64,000 nt of DNA from an uncultured Acidimicrobiia bacterium. GTDB lineage: Bacteria > Actinomycetota > Acidimicrobiia > Spongiisociales > ZC4RG35. Both the position numbers and the translations under genes were made by a program. Positions 59,301 to 64,000 of this stretch are shown here, piece after piece. Positions within the stretch are counted from its first letter, which is position 1. Each line of letters begins with the position of its first letter. Location: positions 10,118 through 74,117 of the forward strand of contig CAWBOD010000012.1 of assembly GCA_963790345.1 (NCBI GenBank), read 5' to 3'. The notes beneath the pieces are model-generated. The model searched no databases and was not told the DNA's origin. It saw only the letters and a program-made list of their open reading frames with translations.

Positions 59301-59851
59301 TGATGATGAAGACAGAGTTCCTGTTGCCATCTCCGTCAAGAGTCAAGGTGCCGGTCAAACCGAGGGCAGTGGCCCCTGCCGAATGGACCCCGGCGTGCAG
59401 AGTTTGCGATCCGAGCTCCGCTGCAATGAGCCCGCCCATTTGAGCCTTGGCGTACTGATAGGCGGCTATCTAGTTCGGTTTGGGCCTGTTGGGCGACCGA
59501 ATCGTTGCGGTGGATTCCGCCAGAGTGCACTTGGCCATCGCCAATTGTGGTGATCGCGGAGCCCGGGGCCACACCGACGCCGTCTGCGAATGTGCTCGTG
59601 CTTCCCGTGTCAGTAATCGTCGTGTGGGCGAGAGCCGAGAAGTTGGTCAGAGTTCCCATTGGAACTGCCAGCGGAGCGCTAGCCGACGCCGGGGTTGCAA
59701 CGATGAGAAGCCCTGAAGTTGCCACGCTGAAGGCGACCAGAGCCGCTCCCGTGCGGCGGAACAATCCGTCTCTCGATCGTCGCAAATTCAGGTTCATTTC
59801 GGACACGTCGAAGTCATCGTCTGGCAAGCCTGGTGGTTCATTCGATTTCAT
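56375..59851 (-). pseudogene. Giant cell-surface protein: signal peptide, DUF3494 (ice-binding-like beta-helix), six ~110-aa tandem beta-sandwich-type repeats, poly-Gly linker, three SLH domains; 3 apparent frameshifts (~59465, ~58740, ~57060)
   Basis: - Signal peptide: MNLNLRRSRDGLFRRTGAALVAFSVATSGLLIVATPASASA (alternative start 59797).
- DUF3494: NFSALAHTTITDTGSTSTFADGVGVAPGSAIT...LTLDGDGNRNSVFIIKTLGAFTAAAGAQVVLTDSAQECNVFFQVQGAVTLGANAIFRGNILA.
- Repeats: GVTVGAISGPTTEAG.TSTFTVVL...VTIGVSSSD.TEGTVST.LLTFST.NWAT.QTVTVTG.DD...Y.IVLATAAGGDY.GIDPADVSV.N.DNDT, six copies.
- SLH: three copies of the F.D...A.DAI..L...GI..G...F.P...V.RWQMALFL pattern. Confidence 0.8.
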
Positions 59852-60019
59852 CGTCTTGCCGGGAGCGGGCACACATGTGGCCGAAAGTCCCTAGCAGTAG
59901 GGTCTTTAGGCCCTAATGAGTTCCAGCTACCAAAAGGTGATCAGCTACCGGACGAGCGACCATGAGGAGCGCCACCACGAAGCGTTGGAAGTACGACCGT
60001 TAGCCGTGCAACGAAGGAT

Positions 60020-60892
60020 TCATGGGCGGCGGAAGTCGCCAGGGACCCGGGCCACCAAAACGTCGCAAGGCATCGCCTCGAGAACCCCGTCCGCCACCGT
60101 GCCAAGGAGGATCATCCTGGTGGCACCGGCGCCACGGTTGGCAACCACCACCAGATCAACCCCCTTCCTTCGCACCACCTCGTCGATAGCCGTCTGCGGA
60201 GCCCCATCCACCACAAGAGGTTTCACCCGGCCCGGCCATTCGGCCACGAACTCTTCCATCCGCTCGGCCGCCCGCCGGAGGCGAGTGCTGCGCGAGCCGA
60301 GAACCTCAACATCGAACAAACCGGCGTCGGCCAAAGCAGGATCAAACCGCGCAGGGAGCGAGAAGGTGGCGGTTACCTCGGCGTCGGGAAACCACTGAAG
60401 CGCCGCCTCCACCGCCTTCTTGGAATGAACCGAAAAGTCGACAGCCGCCAGCACCTTGCGGTAACCCGACCGGGGCTGGCGGCGGACGACCAGAACGTCG
60501 CCGGTGGACATGATCGCCACGCGGCGGGCTATCGGTCCGCATCTCTCGACATCTACCGCCGACGTTCCCACCACGACGATGGACGCTTGCTTGGCTTCTC
60601 GCACAAGTTCCCAACCGATGGAGCCGCGGAGGGTCTCGTGAGTCACCGTCACCGAGGTCCGGCCCCGGCACCAGGCAGCTACCTCTTCGAGATGCTGGCG
60701 GTGCTGATCGAGCAGCAGCTTCCCGAGACCGTCATCCAGAAATGCCTCGGCGGCGGATTCGTTGACCGACACCAGATGTAACGGCAACCCGCGCTGCTCG
60801 GCCAGCATGCGACCGCGATCGGCCACCCGGCGGCCGATCGAAGTCAAATCGATACCGGCCACGACCGGGCCGCTCACAGTTCCACCCTCCAA
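60020..60892 (-). CDS. Universal stress protein, tandem UspA domains
   Basis: Intact 290-aa ORF containing two USP modules. The motifs are VVAGIDLT...ASIVVVGTS...STGDVLVV and KVLAAVDFS...VDLVVVANRGAGATRMILLGTVADGVLEAMPCDVLV. Confidence 0.85.
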   Translation of the reverse strand: MEGGTVSGPVVAGIDLTSIGRRVADRGRMLAEQRGLPLHLVSVNESAAEAFLDDGLGKLLLDQHRQHLEEVAAWCRGRTSVTVTHETLRGSIGWELVREAKQASIVVVGTSAVDVERCGPIARRVAIMSTGDVLVVRRQPRSGYRKVLAAVDFSVHSKKAVEAALQWFPDAEVTATFSLPARFDPALADAGLFDVEVLGSRSTRLRRAAERMEEFVAEWPGRVKPLVVDGAPQTAIDEVVRRKGVDLVVVANRGAGATRMILLGTVADGVLEAMPCDVLVARVPGDFRRP

Positions 60893-61005
60893 GGCATTGC
60901 GACTTTACCCGTACCCGGCCGACTCACCTTCAGGTGGGATTCCATGAGGTGGATGGGCAGCGGGACCCCGCCCATTAGAGCGGCAGATCGGGTCGGGTGG
61001 TCTGG

Positions 61006-61688
61006 CTACGTGCCAAATCGGGAGGGATCCCAGGGATCGCGTGCCGCCAGCGCAACCGGCAGCATCTCGAGGTACCTGTTTCGAGAGACTCCCACCGCCC
61101 CCAACGTGGCGAGGTGGGGCGTCACCCACTGGACGTCGAGTAGGAAATGTTCGACCTGCGAAAGGCGACCAACGAGGTGAACGAGGGCCACCTTGGAAGC
61201 GTCACGTTGTCGAGTGAACATCGACTCGCCTGCGAACAGAGCCCCGATTGAAACGCCGTACAGGCCGCCGGCGAGGTTCCCGTCGTCGTCCCAAGCCTCG
61301 ACCGAGTGCAGCCACCCCAGGCGGAAAAGCTCCAAATATGCCTCCTTCATCTCGACCGTGATCCAACTATGAGGGCGAGTCGGATCGGCACAGCCGTCGA
61401 TCACACCCTCCGGGTCGAGGTCGAAGCTCACCTGGAACTTTCGAAGAGAACGACGCAAGGATCGACTGATTTGGAGGCGGCCGGGCGGGATGATCCCTCG
61501 TTCCGCCGGTGACCACCACGCAAGTTCGCCGGTCGGCACGTGCATCGGGAACATGCCTCGGCGGTAAGCGGCCAGGATCGTTCCCGGAGCCAGATTGCCA
61601 CCGACCGCGACAACGTCTCCGGAGCCGGCGGTGCGGGGGTCAGGAAGGCGGAACGAGCTCGGGATGGGTTCGATCGGCAGGCGCTCAC
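61006..61688 (-). pseudogene. aat: Leucyl/phenylalanyl-tRNA-protein transferase; 5' end uncertain (no in-frame ATG/GTG/TTG upstream of residue ~45; GTG at 61688 lies in another frame)
   Basis: LPIEPIPSSFRLPDPRTAGSGDVVAVGGNLAPGTILAAYRRGMFPMHV...WWSPAERGIIP...SFDLDPEGVIDGCA...WITVEMKEAYLELFRLGWLHSVEAWDDDGNLAGGLYGVSIGALFAGESMF...ASKVALVHL. Confidence 0.85.
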
Positions 61689-61695
61689 CTTTTCA

Positions 61696-61809
61696 CTACC
61701 GGCATCAACTAGCGGGCGGGGGGCCCGGTGCCCTACCGCCATCAACTCGGCGGGGGGCCCGGTGCCCTACCGCCATCAACTCGGCGGGGGGCCCGGTGCC
61801 CTACCGCCA
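61696..61809. repeat. Tandem array: about 3.3 copies of a 34-bp GC-rich unit
   Basis: A 37-nt variant CTACCGGCATCAACTAGCGGGCGGGGGGCCCGGTGCC lies at 61696-61732. Two identical 34-nt units CTACCGCCATCAACTCGGCGGGGGGCCCGGTGCC follow at 61733-61766 and 61767-61800. A 9-nt partial copy ends the array. It lies in the divergent aat / FAD-oxidoreductase intergenic region. Confidence 0.95.
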
Positions 61810-61932
61810 GAATCGGGACGCTACCCCACAATGCATCGTCCGATGGCCGATAGCCTCCCTCACGACGAGGAGCCGGATCGCCATTGAGGAAGTCGTGAAT
61901 CAATTCTCAGGCTCGATAGGCATGAATTGCCG

Positions 61933-63043
61933 ATGAAGGTCGCCGTCATCGGCGGGGGTATCGCGGGCGTATCAGCGGCCTACCACCTCTCGCTGTCGGG
62001 TGCTGAGGTCATACTCCTGGAGCAAGAATCGACGCTCGCGTATCACTCGACCGGCAGATCAGCGGCCATCTATTTCGAGAACTACGGAGCGGACGCCAAC
62101 CGCCCATTGACCCGGGCCAGCCGCCCCTTCTTCGATGACCCACCGGCTGGCTTGGTCGATCATGGACTGCTGAAGGACCGAGGGGCCCTGTGGGTGGGGA
62201 GGCCCGACCAGATTGATTCGCTGAGCGAGTTGCTCGACGAAGGCTCGCCCCGATGGCTCGAACCAGAGGAAGCGGTGGCCGTCGTCCCGGTGTTGCGGCC
62301 GGAAATGATTGGTGGCGCGATTTGGGAGTCGGAGGCGCTCGACCTGGACGTGGCGGCGATCCATCAGGGGTTCGTTCGCGGTCTCCGGGCCGCCGGGGGG
62401 AGGATCCATCTCTCGTCCCGGGTCTCGGCCCTTGAGCACGCCGGAGATTCTTGGACGGTCGTGGCGGATGGCGGTCCGCTACACGGCGGACGTGCTGGTC
62501 AACGCTGCCGGTGCCTGGTGCGACCAGGTAGGAGCGATGGCCGGCGCAATGAAGATCGGACTACAGCCGATGCGGCGTACCGCCTTCACAGTGCCGGGCG
62601 ACCAGGCGTGGGCTGGATGGCCGCTCGTCAGCAACGCCAACAATGAATTCTATTTTCGCCCCGATGGAAGCCAGCTTCTCTGTTCTCTGGGTGAAGAGAA
62701 TCCCTCCGACCCCGGCGACGTCCGGCCCGAGCCGCTCGACATAGCCCTTGCCATCGACCGCATCAACGCCCACACGACAATCGATATCCGGGTTGTGCGC
62801 TCGTCGTGGACCGGTTTGCGATCCTTCGTCGCGGATCGCGCCATGGTCATTGGCTTCGACCCTCTGGTCCCTCATTTTTTCTGGCTGGCGGGCCAGGGCG
62901 GCACCGGGATCCAGACCGCACCGGCTGCCGGAGAATTGGCCGCAGCCATCATCACCAATGGCGATGCTCCGCGCCGGCTTCTCGAACTCGGGGTGGACTT
63001 GAGTGCCCTGTCTCCTGCGAGGCTCCAGTCTCAACCGCGGTGA
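61933..63043 (+). pseudogene. FAD-dependent oxidoreductase (DAO / glycine-D-amino-acid oxidase-like), one apparent frameshift ~62470
   Basis: MKVAVIGGGIAGVSAAYHL...LLEQES is the dinucleotide-binding motif in ORF 61927... The C-half is in ORF 62309..63043 (YTADVLVNAAGAWCDQVG...GQGGTGIQTAPAAGEL). Confidence 0.8.
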
Positions 63044-64000
63044 CGACTCACGATGTCGACTACCTGATCCAAAGGCAACGCATGGGCTGTCCTTCCCCGA
63101 AATCCGGTCATCGTCTCGGCCGCGCACAATGCGTTGAGGATCGCCTCCTCGGTGGCGTCGGCGACAGCTCTGAATAGGTTGTCGAGCATCCCGTGGGGAA
63201 GCATCCGCAATGCGTAGGGCGCTGCCTGACCGGCGGGCAGACTGTTGCCGGTAGCGAATGAAAAGAAGATATCACCCGAGCCGTTGTGGCCGTTTCCCCC
63301 GACCCGCGCCAACCCCACGGTGGCACGGCGGGCCAGCCGCCGGCATTGATCGGACAACAACGGAGCGTCGGTGGCGACTATCACGATGATCGAACCGTCC
63401 CGCTCGTGGGTCGGCCAGGGGGCGGGTACCTGGTCGTAGGAGATGGCGCGACCGACCGGCACGCCGTCTATCCGGAGGTCCTGTCGGGATCCATAATTCG
63501 CCTGGACCAGGACACCCACGGTGTAGGTGTGCATTGCCAGGTCCACCACACGCGACGAGGTTCCAATGCCGCCCTTGAATTCGTGGCAAATCATCCCGGT
63601 GCCTCCGCCCACATTGCCCTCGGCCACCTCGCCTCCGGCAGCATTGGCGATGGCCGACTGCACATCGGCCTCGGTCAGAACGAACGGATTGACATCGGAC
63701 AACCAGCTGTCATCGGTCTCAGCCACCACCGGGAGATGAAATGCATCTTCCATTCCGGCTTCGACGGCGTATCGCACGACACTGTCGCGCACGAGACCTA
63801 CCTGGTACGTGTTGGTGATGCCGACCGGTGAGCCGAGAAGGCCCGACTCGTCGATCCAGGGAATCCCGGTCATCTCCCCATTGCCATTGAAGGAATGCCA
63901 ACCGCAAAAGGCGTAATCCGCCCAGATCTGGTTGTGGCGGGGAACGACCATCGTCACACCGGTCCTGACCGTGGCAGGCTGATCAGCGATGACGGTGGTG
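63031..64000 (-). CDS. P1/S58 (DmpA-type) aminopeptidase family protein, N-terminus beyond window end
   Basis: ORF 63031..63957 plus in-frame upstream sequence to the window edge. NVGGGTGMICHEFKGGIGTSS, VATDAPL and LARVGGNGHNGSGDIFFSF are present. The gene converges on, and overlaps by 13 nt, the preceding gene. Confidence 0.8.
   Translation of the reverse strand, partial: TTVIADQPATVRTGVTMVVPRHNQIWADYAFCGWHSFNGNGEMTGIPWIDESGLLGSPVGITNTYQVGLVRDSVVRYAVEAGMEDAFHLPVVAETDDSWLSDVNPFVLTEADVQSAIANAAGGEVAEGNVGGGTGMICHEFKGGIGTSSRVVDLAMHTYTVGVLVQANYGSRQDLRIDGVPVGRAISYDQVPAPWPTHERDGSIIVIVATDAPLLSDQCRRLARRATVGLARVGGNGHNGSGDIFFSFATGNSLPAGQAAPYALRMLPHGMLDNLFRAVADATEEAILNALCAAETMTGFRGRTAHALPLDQVVDIVSRHRG

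Noticed and set aside
61696-61809. Possible CRISPR array
   Set aside because: The repeats are directly abutting with no spacers. There are only ~3 units, and no cas genes are present in the window.

Overview
High-GC, actinobacterial-type chromosomal segment. The gene content looks Acidimicrobiia-like, but that is inference, and GC was judged by eye only. I can support about 58 protein genes and 2 tRNAs (Ala-CGC, Met-CAT). I saw no rRNA, CRISPR array, transposase or integrase.

Content, in order:
- modBA, then a divergent PadR regulator.
- Small enzymes and an ATP-dependent DNA ligase.
- A cyclic-nucleotide signalling neighbourhood: a LipJ-like hydrolase-cyclase, a PAS histidine kinase, and a ~950-aa SARP/BTAD + cNMP-binding + TPR-like + SLOG-like + cyclase gene. 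That gene is followed 2 nt later by a TIR-TM-beta-propeller gene.
- A BisC-type molybdoenzyme.
- RidA, a sugar-type ABC transporter and an adenine-deaminase-family gene.
- A translin-like gene, a GlpR/SepX-like membrane protein, then moaC, moeA, galU and plsY.
- fmdB, a SAF-domain gene and uppP.
- A TPP enzyme, a GNAT and lysA.
- An agmatine/putrescine-to-GABA-to-succinate type catabolic cluster, interrupted by a DUF559 gene that is bracketed by two copies of a ~60-nt palindromic element.
- A heliorhodopsin, flanked by a fasciclin lipoprotein and an SRPBCC gene, and lying near a B12-binding HTH regulator.
- A ~3.5-kb SLH-anchored DUF3494 surface protein with six near-identical ~330-bp modules.
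- A tandem USP, aat, a 34-bp tandem repeat array, an FAD oxidoreductase and a DmpA-type peptidase.

Technical caveat: roughly 60 reading-frame breaks hit more than half of the genes, including plsY, galU, uppP and moeA. The breaks I checked mostly sit in short C/G runs, so I read them as assembly indels rather than real decay. For the same reason, several long ORFs in the six-frame track are chimeric artefacts. Genes interrupted as the sequence stands are typed pseudogene. All coordinates of repaired genes and frameshift positions are approximate hand estimates.
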